Shown: positions 18,508 through 30,477 of the stretch, in pieces | How the letters are laid out: the number at the start of each line of letters is the position of its first letter | How positions within the stretch are numbered: the stretch's first letter is position 1 | Source of the DNA: an uncultured Akkermansia sp. | GTDB taxonomy: Bacteria > Verrucomicrobiota > Verrucomicrobiia > Verrucomicrobiales > Akkermansiaceae | Length of the DNA stretch: 64,000 nt | Direction: 5' to 3' | Assembly: GCA_947588645.1 (NCBI GenBank) | Contig: CANPYO010000002.1 | Location: 11,864-75,863, forward strand | The notes under the pieces: model-generated | Database searches by the model: none | Told to the model about the DNA's origin: nothing | What the model saw: only the letters and a program-made list of their open reading frames with translations | Program-made: the position numbers and the translations under genes

Positions 18508-19722
18508 TTATTCGGAAGGAAGATCCTTGCGGTGCAAGGTGGGCCACACATAGCGCATGAAGAGCACCTTCAGCGAGGCTGTGAGGGGTACAGCCAGCAG
18601 AGCGCCAACGATACCGCCGAGGATACTTCCCCAAAACAGAACGGAGAACATGATCGTGAGGTCGTGCATATGCAGACGTTTACCGAGGATTTTGGGTTGA
18701 AGAATCCAACCGTCCAGCTGGCTTACACTCAGGAAGATGATGAGTACCGTCACCACATGCCCCACATCGTGCCAGGTGACCCAGGCGAGCAGGAGAGCAG
18801 GGATGCTCGTGGTGATCATACCGATGTAGGGAATGATACCCAGCAGGGCAGCTGCCACACCGATTGTCACCGCATAAGGCAGCCCCATAATCATGAGGGC
18901 ACAGCCTAGTATAAAACCGTCAATGAGGCTCACCAGCATTTGCCCGCGCACGAAAGAGACAATGTAGTCGTTGATTTGGCTGAGCGTCTCCACCACTTCC
19001 TTTCGAAAGCTCGAAGCCCGGATCGGTAGCACGATGTCCCAGTTTTCGCGAATTGTTTCACTTTGCAGGAGAAAATAAAAGAGAAACACCGGAATGAGTA
19101 TCAGCCCAACCACCAGCCCCACTGAGCCGTATAGCGCGCGCGTTCCCGCCGTGAGCCATCCGATGGCGATGTTTGTCAAATCCTTCGAATGATAATTCAG
19201 CGTGAACAGCAGCTTATCCTTGTAGCTTGGGGCAGCCGGTACGGCTGTTGTCGCATTCGGGTGTTGGTTGATGCGCTCTGTCACACGCTCATAAAACGAA
19301 TCAACCGCAAATTGGGCAATGGAGTTCTTATTGAGAAAATCCTCCCCGGTGGCTACAGCCTTGGGCAGTATCGTGTCGCGGTCTACAATGAGCTGCCTGG
19401 TTTGGCTGACAAGCGGCGGCACGATGATCGCTCCACCGGCTCCGACCAATACGCTAACTCCGCACATCACCAGCAGCACGGCTACCACCCGGCGTCGGCG
19501 CAGATGCCGCTCCACCCAGTCCACACACGGGTTAAGCAGATATCCCAGCACCCCGGCAATAATGGCGGGCAGCAGCACGGGCTCCAGCGCGATGAAGGCT
19601 GTCACGAACCCATATAAAAGCCCACAGGCCAATGCTGTCAAAAAAGCGACACAGGCCCATGTGAGCGCATTCCAACACGCAGCCCGTTGAAAAGCTGTGG
19701 GGTAAGTTTTCTTGTGTGCCAT
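18508..19722 (-). CDS. AI-2E family transporter
   Basis: Multiple TMs; YIVSFVRGQMLVSLI, IPYIG and LQPKILGKRL...LLAVPL patterns. Confidence 0.9.
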   Translation of the reverse strand: MAHKKTYPTAFQRAACWNALTWACVAFLTALACGLLYGFVTAFIALEPVLLPAIIAGVLGYLLNPCVDWVERHLRRRRVVAVLLVMCGVSVLVGAGGAIIVPPLVSQTRQLIVDRDTILPKAVATGEDFLNKNSIAQFAVDSFYERVTERINQHPNATTAVPAAPSYKDKLLFTLNYHSKDLTNIAIGWLTAGTRALYGSVGLVVGLILIPVFLFYFLLQSETIRENWDIVLPIRASSFRKEVVETLSQINDYIVSFVRGQMLVSLIDGFILGCALMIMGLPYAVTIGVAAALLGIIPYIGMITTSIPALLLAWVTWHDVGHVVTVLIIFLSVSQLDGWILQPKILGKRLHMHDLTIMFSVLFWGSILGGIVGALLAVPLTASLKVLFMRYVWPTLHRKDLPSE

Positions 19723-19840
19723 ACTTGCCGGATTTTATGCAGCGATTGCTGTTATGTCAATCCAATAATGCGATTTTTATTGACGATTTGCGATTTACAA
19801 TTTGCAAAGCGAGCGCGGGAGGAAAAAATCAGCACGCCTC

Positions 19841-20098
19841 CTACGCATAATCACGCGGCGGCACAAAGCAGCAATGAAACACAACCTCTCCGTTCTGATA
19901 GAGCTGCACCACAATACGCCCGGGTTCGTGCAGCACAGTGTACGCGTCGTGATCTTCCGGGGGACGGGGGCTGAAACGCTCTGCTTTGCCAGGCGCAAGC
20001 ACTGCCGCCCTCAGCACACAGACCAACCGACGATTGCTCATCACAAGCATCTCTTCAAAGTTCGGCGTTGGCAGGGTAAGTGACGGAATGCGGGGCAT
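19841..20098 (-). CDS. Possible small hypothetical protein (85 aa)
   Basis: ORF directly behind a strong TTGACA-16-TATAGT promoter; globular-looking sequence. Confidence 0.45.
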   Translation of the reverse strand: MPRIPSLTLPTPNFEEMLVMSNRRLVCVLRAAVLAPGKAERFSPRPPEDHDAYTVLHEPGRIVVQLYQNGEVVFHCCFVPPRDYA

Positions 20099-20107
20099 CT
20101 GCGCTGC

Positions 20108-20135
20108 ACTATACACCAATTTCCCCTTTTGTCAA
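20108..20135 (-). promoter_or_regulatory. sigma70 promoter (leftward)
   Basis: TTGACA (20135-20130)-16 nt-TATAGT (20113-20108). Confidence 0.6.
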
Positions 20136-20161
20136 GTTTTTGCCGTGCGGATTTTTTTTCA

Positions 20162-20189
20162 TTGATTCGCCTATGGGATGTGGTATGAT
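20162..20189 (+). promoter_or_regulatory. sigma70 promoter (rightward) of the 1275-aa gene
   Basis: TTGATT-16 nt-TATGAT with TGG extension. Confidence 0.6.
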
Positions 20190-20239
20190 GAGGATGAAGA
20201 GAGGGTCGTTTCGATGGCCCGGAACAACTTGAATCGGAC

Positions 20240-23200
20240 ATGAAATACTCCAAAAATACGCTGAAAACAGGTGGCAGGGCGCGCGCGCACGGGCGCGGGT
20301 TCGCGCTGGTGGCGAGTCTCACGCTCATGATGTTGCTCGGGCTGATTGCGGTGGGCATTTTGGCGGTGGCCTCCTCGCAGAATCGCATTGCAGCGCAGAC
20401 GATTTTGCAGGAAGAGGCTCGCCAGCAGGCTCTTATCGGATTGGATGCCGCTATCGCCAGCATGCAGATGGAGTTGGGTCCGGATCAGCGCGTTACCGCA
20501 TCCTCAGGCATTCTCTCTGCAGAGGAGTCCTCCCCTCAGCACATCCTCGGCGTATGGGAAAGCTGGAAAGCGCCCCTTTACAGCAGCAGTGACGGCGCTA
20601 CCATTGCTTCGACGTACAATGAGGGGCGCTCATCCATGTTTCGTCGTTGGCTTATTTCCTGCCGCGACCTCTCCTCTCAGCGCCAGCCCAACTCCATTTC
20701 AGATTTGGGCCGTTCCAAGCCCGGACAACGCATCTGCATGATTGGCGAGGGAACCCTCGGCACCAAAGTGAACGAGCGGGAGTACGTGTATGCCGATCTC
20801 ATCACCATGCCATCCTCCGGTCGCAATGAAACCTGTTTTGCCTGGTGGGTGGGCGGCGAAAATCAAAAGGCCAATGTGGCTATTGCTGATCGCGAGCCCA
20901 CCAGTGATCCCGTGGAGATTTTGCACCGCACTTGGGATACTCCTGCCCCGGACTTTAGCGGCAGCTCCAATTTCTCTTTCCTGCCGGAAGATATTGAAGC
21001 CCCTGAGAAAATCCTCACCATGCGCACGCTCCCGCTCGTGGATCGCGGCTCCGCGCCTGTGGGAATGCCCTATTTCTTCGATGCCACCACCTTTTCCTAC
21101 TCTCTGCTCACCAATGTACGCGACGGCGGGCTGAAGCTTGACCTGAATACTCTGCTTAGCAAGCGCTCTTTGTCCGGCACGGGACTCCAGGAGCGCAACG
21201 ACCAGGATTGCCCGATTGCTGAAGGCGATGGTCTGCCCTCCGGTACCGAGTCCAAATTCCCCATCGGCTCCTGGCAAACCTTGCACGCCTTCTACAATTT
21301 GTGGCCCGACGGTTCCGGTCAGGATAGGGATTTTACCTCCTTCCGACTTATCGGCAATCTCTTCACGGCTCACACTCGCATGGGGGGGTATCTCCAATCG
21401 GCAACCACCGATAAGGGAGATTCGATCACCTATTACGATGAGCGCGCTTCCATCGATGGTCAAAATGCCTCCGGTTACGCGCGCACTCCCATCCTCCTCG
21501 CGTTTTACGGCGCCTACGGGTTGGCTCTCTCTGCTCCGAGGTCGGGAATGGGTGGTTACAGCCATGGCACAGCCTACGCCCCTTTCATGTTGTGGTGGAA
21601 TCCCTACAATGTTCAGATGCGCGTCGGTCCTAAAAAATTGTGGACTATGAGTTTGCCGTATCGAACAACCTCGATTGTGCGTCAAGATACGTACAGAAAT
21701 CGATGGGATCGCTACTCCATGCTTCCAGCCTTGACGCCCAGAACCAACCCTGAGTTTCCCGGTAGTGTCGCACAAGGAAATGTACTGGGGTGTGACTGGG
21801 GAAATTACTTCGTGGTTTCCCAAGATGACCAAAGTAGCGACATCATTTTTGAACCCGGTGAAATCCTGATGTTTTCTATGGCAGAGGGATGGAATAATTT
21901 GACCTATGCTAATGAGCATCCGGGAGCAGAAAGCACAATATGCTTCAGCCAACCCCAGGAAATCCCCTTCGTCCAAGGAGACCAAGTAGGTTTGCTCCAT
22001 AATTACTTTCAATCGTTCTACAGTTTCGGTACACGTTTTGAGTTTGTGCACAAGTATGCGCTTGAAACAAAGGAGGCATACAGCCAGATGGTTCTTCAAC
22101 TGATAGATGACGATGATGGAAAATGCAGCGATGGTGCCTATATGTACGACACTGTCGGTGAGGTTTTAGGACCTAAGATGAGAGAAGCCTTTGCAGTGCC
22201 CCACGGGTTCAATGGAATCGATTCATCTCAAGCCAAAGGATTGGATCCGGATGCAAGTCGTAAGACGGCCAAAGTGAATTCTTTTCCGGGAGCAGAGGGT
22301 TTATCTCCCTACGTGTTTAATTTAGGCTGGTATGATTACGATACGGTATCCGCTGATGACGTCACTTTCATTAAAGATGCCCAATGGGATGAAAGCATGT
22401 ACAACAACCCGTACTACTTTGCGGCAGTCGGGGTGGCGCCCAAGTCGTACAATGCCTCGCTCAGCGAAGCTCTGCCCATGTTTGTCGACAAAAACTACCG
22501 CACGCGCAATTGGCTGCACTCCAACCCGGCGATGGGCGGTGGGGCGCTCTACAAGCCGGACGAGCAGCAGCGGCAATACCACCCTTTCCAGCTTTCGGCC
22601 ATCAAGGTGGACGGGGAGCGCGTGCTGGATACGGTGAATACCAAGAACGGCATCTATGGCATAGCGAGTGTTGGCGTTGGCGGAGGGGAGGCGGTTTCGT
22701 TTATTTCAGTGCTGGAGCTGCCCGTTCATCCTCCTTTCTCTCTGGCGGGATTTGCCGGCATGCGGTTGAAGCCGGGGTGGTATAGCTCGCGGGGCAATGA
22801 TCAGGATGCTGTGATTGCCAATATGCGGCGTATGCAGTACCAGGCAGGAGTGCCCGGGGTGGGTATCGGCAATTCGTTTGCCGACCCGACCATACCGGCG
22901 GATGCGGTGTACGCCTTTCACCAGACGAATATTAACGCATCGACAGTGAGCAACAGGCAGCTCTTCTCCGATTTTTTTGATCACGGATTCATCATCAATG
23001 ATGCGCTGTGGGATCGCTGGTTTTGCTCATCGGTTTCGGATATGCCCACCCGGAATGGGCGCGTGCGGGCGCGCGCCACACTGGAATCATTTGTGAACGG
23101 GGAAGAGCCGCTGCCGGTGTCGCGCTATAAACTGGCTCGCACTAGCGCCGATCAGGACCAGATTATCGAGCGCATCATGGCTGATGATGGATGGAAACGG

Positions 23201-24067
23201 ATCGCGAGATACCTGATGGTGGAAGGAGGATTCAACGTGAACTCGGTGTCGGAAGATGCGTGGGCTGCCACACTGATGGGGCTTGCGAAGCGTGAGCTGG
23301 TGAGTAATACGCAGGGAACCCTGCATGCCGTGGAGCATTCGCCGAGAGAAAATGTGCTTTTTTCGCGTTTCGGGGTGTCCACAGCCGACCGGAGCATGGA
23401 TCTTCGCTCTGATTACAACGTGTTGTTGGGGGCGGCGTTCCTGCGCCCGAGTATGCAGATGGCCACGGCTTGGGGAGATGTGCGTTCGCTGACGCCGGAC
23501 TCCATTCGCGAGCTGGCGCGGGAGATTGTGAAGAAAGTGCGCGAGCGCGGTCCCTTCCTGAATATGGCGGAGTTCATCAACCGTCGTCTGGATGGCGGCT
23601 CGGATGCTTCGCTTTGTGGAGCCCTGCAAGCTGCCATAGATGCCACCCGCATCAACGATAGATTCAACCTCGATGATTTTCGAGTCAGACCGCTCTCCGG
23701 CGATTTCTACAAATTCCCCCGCGCTGAGGAGGGATCCATGTACACGGCGGCGCCGGGATACCTCATTCAGAGCGACGTGTTGGCATCGCTTGGAAATATC
23801 TTGACGGTGCGTGACGATACCTTCACGGTGCGAGCCTACGGTTGCGTGCGCAATGCTCGCCACGCCATTCTCGCCCAAGCTTGGTGCGAGGCCGTGGTGC
23901 AGAGAACCATCGACTTCGTGGATCCCTCCAATTCACCGGAAGAGGGAAGCTATGATCCCTCCAGCAGAACCTCTCGTCCCATCGATTCCCTCTCGGAGAT
24001 CAATCAATGCATGGGACGCAAACTGCGCATTGTCTCCTTCAAATGGCTCGACAGCTGGGACATATGA
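20240..24067 (+). CDS. Giant pilin/PilX-like protein resembling Verru_Chthon cassette protein A
   Basis: Class III signal-like RG|FALVASLTLMMLLGLIAV; C-terminal APGYLIQSDVLASLGNILTVRDDTFTVRAYG; 1275 aa. Confidence 0.7.
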   Translation: MKYSKNTLKTGGRARAHGRGFALVASLTLMMLLGLIAVGILAVASSQNRIAAQTILQEEARQQALIGLDAAIASMQMELGPDQRVTASSGILSAEESSPQHILGVWESWKAPLYSSSDGATIASTYNEGRSSMFRRWLISCRDLSSQRQPNSISDLGRSKPGQRICMIGEGTLGTKVNEREYVYADLITMPSSGRNETCFAWWVGGENQKANVAIADREPTSDPVEILHRTWDTPAPDFSGSSNFSFLPEDIEAPEKILTMRTLPLVDRGSAPVGMPYFFDATTFSYSLLTNVRDGGLKLDLNTLLSKRSLSGTGLQERNDQDCPIAEGDGLPSGTESKFPIGSWQTLHAFYNLWPDGSGQDRDFTSFRLIGNLFTAHTRMGGYLQSATTDKGDSITYYDERASIDGQNASGYARTPILLAFYGAYGLALSAPRSGMGGYSHGTAYAPFMLWWNPYNVQMRVGPKKLWTMSLPYRTTSIVRQDTYRNRWDRYSMLPALTPRTNPEFPGSVAQGNVLGCDWGNYFVVSQDDQSSDIIFEPGEILMFSMAEGWNNLTYANEHPGAESTICFSQPQEIPFVQGDQVGLLHNYFQSFYSFGTRFEFVHKYALETKEAYSQMVLQLIDDDDGKCSDGAYMYDTVGEVLGPKMREAFAVPHGFNGIDSSQAKGLDPDASRKTAKVNSFPGAEGLSPYVFNLGWYDYDTVSADDVTFIKDAQWDESMYNNPYYFAAVGVAPKSYNASLSEALPMFVDKNYRTRNWLHSNPAMGGGALYKPDEQQRQYHPFQLSAIKVDGERVLDTVNTKNGIYGIASVGVGGGEAVSFISVLELPVHPPFSLAGFAGMRLKPGWYSSRGNDQDAVIANMRRMQYQAGVPGVGIGNSFADPTIPADAVYAFHQTNINASTVSNRQLFSDFFDHGFIINDALWDRWFCSSVSDMPTRNGRVRARATLESFVNGEEPLPVSRYKLARTSADQDQIIERIMADDGWKRIARYLMVEGGFNVNSVSEDAWAATLMGLAKRELVSNTQGTLHAVEHSPRENVLFSRFGVSTADRSMDLRSDYNVLLGAAFLRPSMQMATAWGDVRSLTPDSIRELAREIVKKVRERGPFLNMAEFINRRLDGGSDASLCGALQAAIDATRINDRFNLDDFRVRPLSGDFYKFPRAEEGSMYTAAPGYLIQSDVLASLGNILTVRDDTFTVRAYGCVRNARHAILAQAWCEAVVQRTIDFVDPSNSPEEGSYDPSSRTSRPIDSLSEINQCMGRKLRIVSFKWLDSWDI

Positions 24068-24148
24068 TGTACGATGTACGATGTACGATGTACGATGTAC
24101 GATGTACGATGTACGATGTACGATGTACGATGTACGATGTACGATGTA
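24066..24148. repeat. Heptamer microsatellite (GATGTAC)x11 plus 6 nt
   Basis: Counted directly; begins inside the TGA stop of the 1275-aa gene. Confidence 0.97.
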
Positions 24149-24214
24149 GCAAAGCCGGGGACGCGGCTCCGCATAATTCGAAACCTTTCGAACCACCCCC
24201 AGGTTTGAATGCTC

Positions 24215-24243
24215 TTGCGTTTGGCAGAAATATGTGATAACAT
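24215..24243 (+). promoter_or_regulatory. Promoter of the outer-membrane barrel gene, probably leaderless
   Basis: TTGCGT-17 nt-TAACAT with TGA extension; ATG 6 nt after the -10 box. Confidence 0.55.
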
Positions 24244-24249
24244 CCTGCT

Positions 24250-25173
24250 ATGAAACGATGGCTGCTTATCCTCCTGTTGTCAAAGAAGATCCTGTTAGTT
24301 TTGTTGCTGCTTGCTAACACAGGAGAAGGACGAGAAGATTTGTGGACGCTGCGAATGCCCGAGACGGCCATACTTCCCAGTTACGCGAAGGTTTCCTACA
24401 TCAGCCGGATGGGCGAGCGACATGGGGGATCTCACTTAGGCATGCAGGATTATACCGTGAATGTGCCCTTTGCGGATGGAAGGCGTAGCCATGTAGGCAA
24501 GTGGTACTACAATGTGCAGGCGAATATCAGTGCGACGATCATGAATGTAGGTGGTGAGCTGGATCTGCGGCGTGATGAGCTGATGGTTTTTTCGCTCCCC
24601 ATCTCCCTGATACGTCCACTGGAGAACGGAAATCGGCTGATGGTAACGGCGATGCCTCGTTATGCCGGAGATGCCGTGAGTTCTGCTCGCGCGTGGGACT
24701 TGGCTTTGGCCGCTGAGTATTCAGTGAAGGTGAACGAGAAGCTTTCCTATTCCGTCGGGCTGGCGGCTTCCCCGCGCTTTGCGGACTACGTGGTGGTGCC
24801 CTACGTTGCATTCCGCTGGCAGCCTGCTCCGGATTGGACGGTGAGGATGCGTGGGTATCAGGTAGCGGCGCTTCGCAGAGTGAATGAGCGGTTGCAGGTC
24901 GGCCCGGCGATCAGCAATGAGGGAGGGGCGTGGATGGTGGCGACCCCGCAGGGGCAGCGTATTTTCCGCGTGCGCTCCCTCGCGTTAGCCGGGTTGATGG
25001 AGTACGATTTTTCCGCCCCCGGCAAGAGTAAACGCATGCTGAATCTGGCTGTCGGCGCTACGCTGGCGACCACGGCGGAGTATTGTCGCCGCAGCTTGGG
25101 GCGCGATGCATTGGAAACCCGCCATTATCATCCCGGTTTTTACTTGGCGGGCGAGGTTGATTTTCGTTTCTGA
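24250..25173 (+). CDS. Putative outer-membrane beta-barrel protein
   Basis: Signal peptide, alternating amphipathic strands, C-terminal VDFRF signature. Confidence 0.65.
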   Translation: MKRWLLILLLSKKILLVLLLLANTGEGREDLWTLRMPETAILPSYAKVSYISRMGERHGGSHLGMQDYTVNVPFADGRRSHVGKWYYNVQANISATIMNVGGELDLRRDELMVFSLPISLIRPLENGNRLMVTAMPRYAGDAVSSARAWDLALAAEYSVKVNEKLSYSVGLAASPRFADYVVVPYVAFRWQPAPDWTVRMRGYQVAALRRVNERLQVGPAISNEGGAWMVATPQGQRIFRVRSLALAGLMEYDFSAPGKSKRMLNLAVGATLATTAEYCRRSLGRDALETRHYHPGFYLAGEVDFRF

Positions 25174-25197
25174 TGTAACGAGCGATAAAATGCAAAC

Positions 25198-25292
25198 CAT
25201 TTACGATTTTCGATTCCACCCCAGCTAAAGCTCCGCTTTTCCCGCGCCACCGGCGCGCTAGAATTCAAATCGTAAATCGTAAATCGTAAATG
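25198..25292. repeat. Inverted pair of ACGATTT/AAATCGT heptamer arrays
   Basis: CATTTACGATTTTCGATT (25198-25215) versus AATCGTAAATCGTAAATG (25275-25292), 17/18 complementary. Confidence 0.7.
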
Positions 25293-25364
25293 AATTGCGG
25301 ATGTGATGCTGTTTAGAAAAATTCCCGTATTGCTAAAATGGGTGAATTTTGGTAGGATGCGCTC

Positions 25365-26909
25365 GTGCGGAGGGGAGTTTATCCAGGAATCGTAGGTTTG
25401 CTTCTGGCGTCTGCTGCAGTCGCCCAAGAAGAGGATACTACGATCGTGGAGCAGGGGGATCCGAACATGACTCCGGAAAAATTGGAGGAGCAGCCGGAGG
25501 TGGATGCCCTGCCGGATTGGCTGATCGATATACCGCCCGCCACGCAGCAAAGCGAGTCTGCGGCGCCGTCAGACGCGACTCCGGTTGAGTACGTGGAGGA
25601 GGATAAGCATGTGGTGTCTCAGTCGCGTATGTTTTCTGTGAGTGGAGGAGATATTTTGCGCATGGGCGCCATCGCGACGCACGCGGATGATGTGCGCAAG
25701 CATTTCAACCGCTTACTCGGTATGGATGATACGTGGAAATACGGCATTTCTATCCGCCTGTGGGGAAATACGGGGGATCTGGCTCGCCCCAACCCCGTGC
25801 GAACCCGTGTGCGCATCATCGGGAGTGAGCCTAATCTGCAAATCCGCATTTACGCGGGTGGGGGCATTGACATTGAGCGCATGGATGCGGCGATTGTGAG
25901 TATGCTCCTGTACGAATACGCCTTGCGCCATATGCAGGTCAATGCCCTGCCGGATCATGTCGAGATACCTCCCTGGTTGCTCACCGGTGTGCAGCAGGCT
26001 CTTTTGTGGCGTGCCGGACGCATCGACCGGCGCTTTTACCAAAAGTTATTCAACAGGGCAGAGATGATGACGCCGGAGGACATAGTGAACACCCAGAACC
26101 CGGAGATGCTGGATGTGGCCTCGCGGCAGGTGTACGAGGTATCCTGCGGCGTGCTGATCATGGGATTGCTGCACCAGGATGACGGAGCGGAACGCATGCG
26201 CGCGCTATTGGCCGATGCGCTGCTGCAGGAAGGAAGCTCCAAGGAGGTGATAGCGACCTACTTCCACGAGCTGAATCTGAACGATACAAACTTCAGCAAA
26301 TGGTGGGCGTTGGAGCTGGCTTCCTTGGCTCAGCCCGACGCCATGGATATGCTCACGCCCATCGAGACGGAGAAACGACTCTCCGAGGCATTGATGTTTA
26401 CCGGAATGGAGGAAGAAACGCGTCTTCCCTTTTCCAAAAGTTTGGGAGAGCTTCAGGAGGTGATGAAAATCCCGAACTGGCAACAGCAGTTGCGTCCCTG
26501 CATGGCGCGCCTCACGAAATTGAGCCTAAATGCGTTTCCTGGGTACCGTGTGATCATTTCTGAGTATCAAAGAGCTGTCACGGAGTTGATGAAGGGAAGC
26601 AACGAAGAGGAAGTCAGTAAAATTCTTGCTCCGCTTCAAGACTTGCGCCGTGCGTACATGGACGCCTCCGTTCGCGGTCGCGATTACTTGGACTGGTATG
26701 AAATCACGCATCTTGGGCGGGCGCAGACCACCAATTTTGACGATTACACCGAAACGATGCGCATCCTCCGCATGAAGAGTGCCGCCCCCTCCACTCCGAT
26801 CGACCGATATTTGGATGACATTGAGGCGCTGCACGGCCTGGAATCAGGCCAGGAACTTCCGGAGCGTCTGAAATCTGCCATCAGAAAGAAGGGAAAAAAA
26901 CAACGCTGA
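25365..26909 (+). CDS. Exported hypothetical protein (514 aa)
   Basis: GTG start, signal peptide ending AVA-Q; no family recognised. Confidence 0.65.
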   Translation: MRRGVYPGIVGLLLASAAVAQEEDTTIVEQGDPNMTPEKLEEQPEVDALPDWLIDIPPATQQSESAAPSDATPVEYVEEDKHVVSQSRMFSVSGGDILRMGAIATHADDVRKHFNRLLGMDDTWKYGISIRLWGNTGDLARPNPVRTRVRIIGSEPNLQIRIYAGGGIDIERMDAAIVSMLLYEYALRHMQVNALPDHVEIPPWLLTGVQQALLWRAGRIDRRFYQKLFNRAEMMTPEDIVNTQNPEMLDVASRQVYEVSCGVLIMGLLHQDDGAERMRALLADALLQEGSSKEVIATYFHELNLNDTNFSKWWALELASLAQPDAMDMLTPIETEKRLSEALMFTGMEEETRLPFSKSLGELQEVMKIPNWQQQLRPCMARLTKLSLNAFPGYRVIISEYQRAVTELMKGSNEEEVSKILAPLQDLRRAYMDASVRGRDYLDWYEITHLGRAQTTNFDDYTETMRILRMKSAAPSTPIDRYLDDIEALHGLESGQELPERLKSAIRKKGKKQR

Positions 26910-26923
26910 CTCACTCACCGACC

Positions 26924-27553
26924 ATGCCAACGCACCCGGATATGCAGCATGAAAAAGCCGCTTGGGCGGAAGGATACAGCCGCGTGTGCGGCATCGACGA
27001 GGCAGGTCGCGGTCCACTTGCCGGACCGGTGGTCGCCGCTGCAGTCATCCTGCCGCCGGATTTTGAATTACCGGGGCTCACCGACTCCAAGCAGCTCTCC
27101 GCTCGCAAGCGTGAGCTACTTTTCGAACAGCTCATGCTGCGGTCTGATGTGCTGAAGGGTATCGCCCAAGCCTCGGTAAAGGAAATTGACCGCTTGAATA
27201 TCCTGCGAGCCACTCATTTGGCTATGGCACGCGCAGCGAAGAGCATTTGCCCTTATCCGGATTTTTGTCTTATCGACGGACTGCCGGTGCCCGGTTTTCC
27301 CCTTGCCTCCCGCTCCATCGTGAAGGGAGACGCGCACTGTTTGAGCATCGCTGCTGCAAGTGTGCTGGCCAAGGTTACGCGCGATCGGATGATGCGTGAG
27401 TTGCATGAGCAATTTCCGCAGTACGGTTGGGATCGCAATGCCGGCTATGGTACCGCACAACATTTGAGAGCCATCGACGAATATGGAATTACGCCACACC
27501 ATCGCCTCTCGTTTGCACCTGTTGCACAGGCTACGCTGCCCTTGGAGTTCTGA
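26924..27553 (+). CDS. rnhB: Ribonuclease HII
   Basis: CGIDEAGRGPLAGPVVAAAV, LTDSK, KGDA...SIAAASVLAKVTRD and GYGT motifs. Confidence 0.96.
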   Translation: MPTHPDMQHEKAAWAEGYSRVCGIDEAGRGPLAGPVVAAAVILPPDFELPGLTDSKQLSARKRELLFEQLMLRSDVLKGIAQASVKEIDRLNILRATHLAMARAAKSICPYPDFCLIDGLPVPGFPLASRSIVKGDAHCLSIAAASVLAKVTRDRMMRELHEQFPQYGWDRNAGYGTAQHLRAIDEYGITPHHRLSFAPVAQATLPLEF

Positions 27554-27950
27554 GACCGTTCCGGATACTCGTTACCGCGGAGATTATGCAGAACTGGTGG
27601 CGGCGTCCTTCCTGCGCTCTCAGGGTCTGCGTATTTTGCGACGTAATTTTCGCTGGGGAAGGCGCGGCGAGCTTGACATAGTCGCGCGTCATGGGGATTG
27701 GCTGGTCTTTTGCGAAGTGAAGAGCACCATTGCTCCCGCTTCCGGCGATCCCGCTCGAGCCATCAATTTTGGTAAGCGACGCCTGCTGCGCATCGGCGCT
27801 GCCAACTGGTTCTACCTGCTTGGGCGCCGCGTGCCCGCGCGTTTTGATGTGGTTGAAGTTTTTCTCTCCGCCGGGCAAAAGCCGGTGCTGCGTTGGAGCC
27901 GCAACGTGTTCCCCATTTCGGAAGAGGAACAAGTCAACAGCGTTTTCTAA
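27483..27950 (+). CDS. YraN/UPF0102 family predicted endonuclease
   Basis: GDYAELVAASFL...NFR...GELDIVA...LVFCEVKS; start uncertain; usual neighbour of rnhB. Confidence 0.85.
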   Translation: MELRHTIASRLHLLHRLRCPWSSETVPDTRYRGDYAELVAASFLRSQGLRILRRNFRWGRRGELDIVARHGDWLVFCEVKSTIAPASGDPARAINFGKRRLLRIGAANWFYLLGRRVPARFDVVEVFLSAGQKPVLRWSRNVFPISEEEQVNSVF

Positions 27951-28001
27951 TGCGGTTGCTCTAGGCTGAGGAGTGAGATTCTTTTAATTGCTAACTATTA
28001 G

Positions 28002-30193
<2,192 letters not shown>

Positions 30194-30197
<4 letters not shown>

Positions 30198-30430
30198 GGA
30201 TTTACCTCCTCTGCCGTGTCATCATCGGGAAGTTTTATTTCTTGAGCCGGCGGCGCTGGAGCATTTTGGGGACGGCGAGGCCTGTAGGAGCGGCGGGTGT
30301 TGATGTATTCCTCGTGAGAGTCGCGTGGCTCAAAGCGGAGTTCGGCATTGACAGAGGTATGATACACCATCGTGATCACGATGGCGCTCCCTGTAATCAT
30401 CAGGAACAATGCTCCCAAAAATGACTTCAT
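30194..30430 (-). CDS. Small membrane protein translationally coupled to pdxA
   Basis: N-terminal TM helix; ATGA overlap with the pdxA start; TTGCCA-16-TATAAT promoter at 30467-30440. Confidence 0.55.
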
Positions 30431-30477
30431 CCCTCCACCATTATACACAGCGCCTGCTAATTGGCAAGCACGCAGAC

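Noticed and set aside
23933-24243. ORFs with YIVHRTS/MYDVRCT peptide repeats
   Set aside because: They are translation artefacts of the GATGTAC microsatellite.
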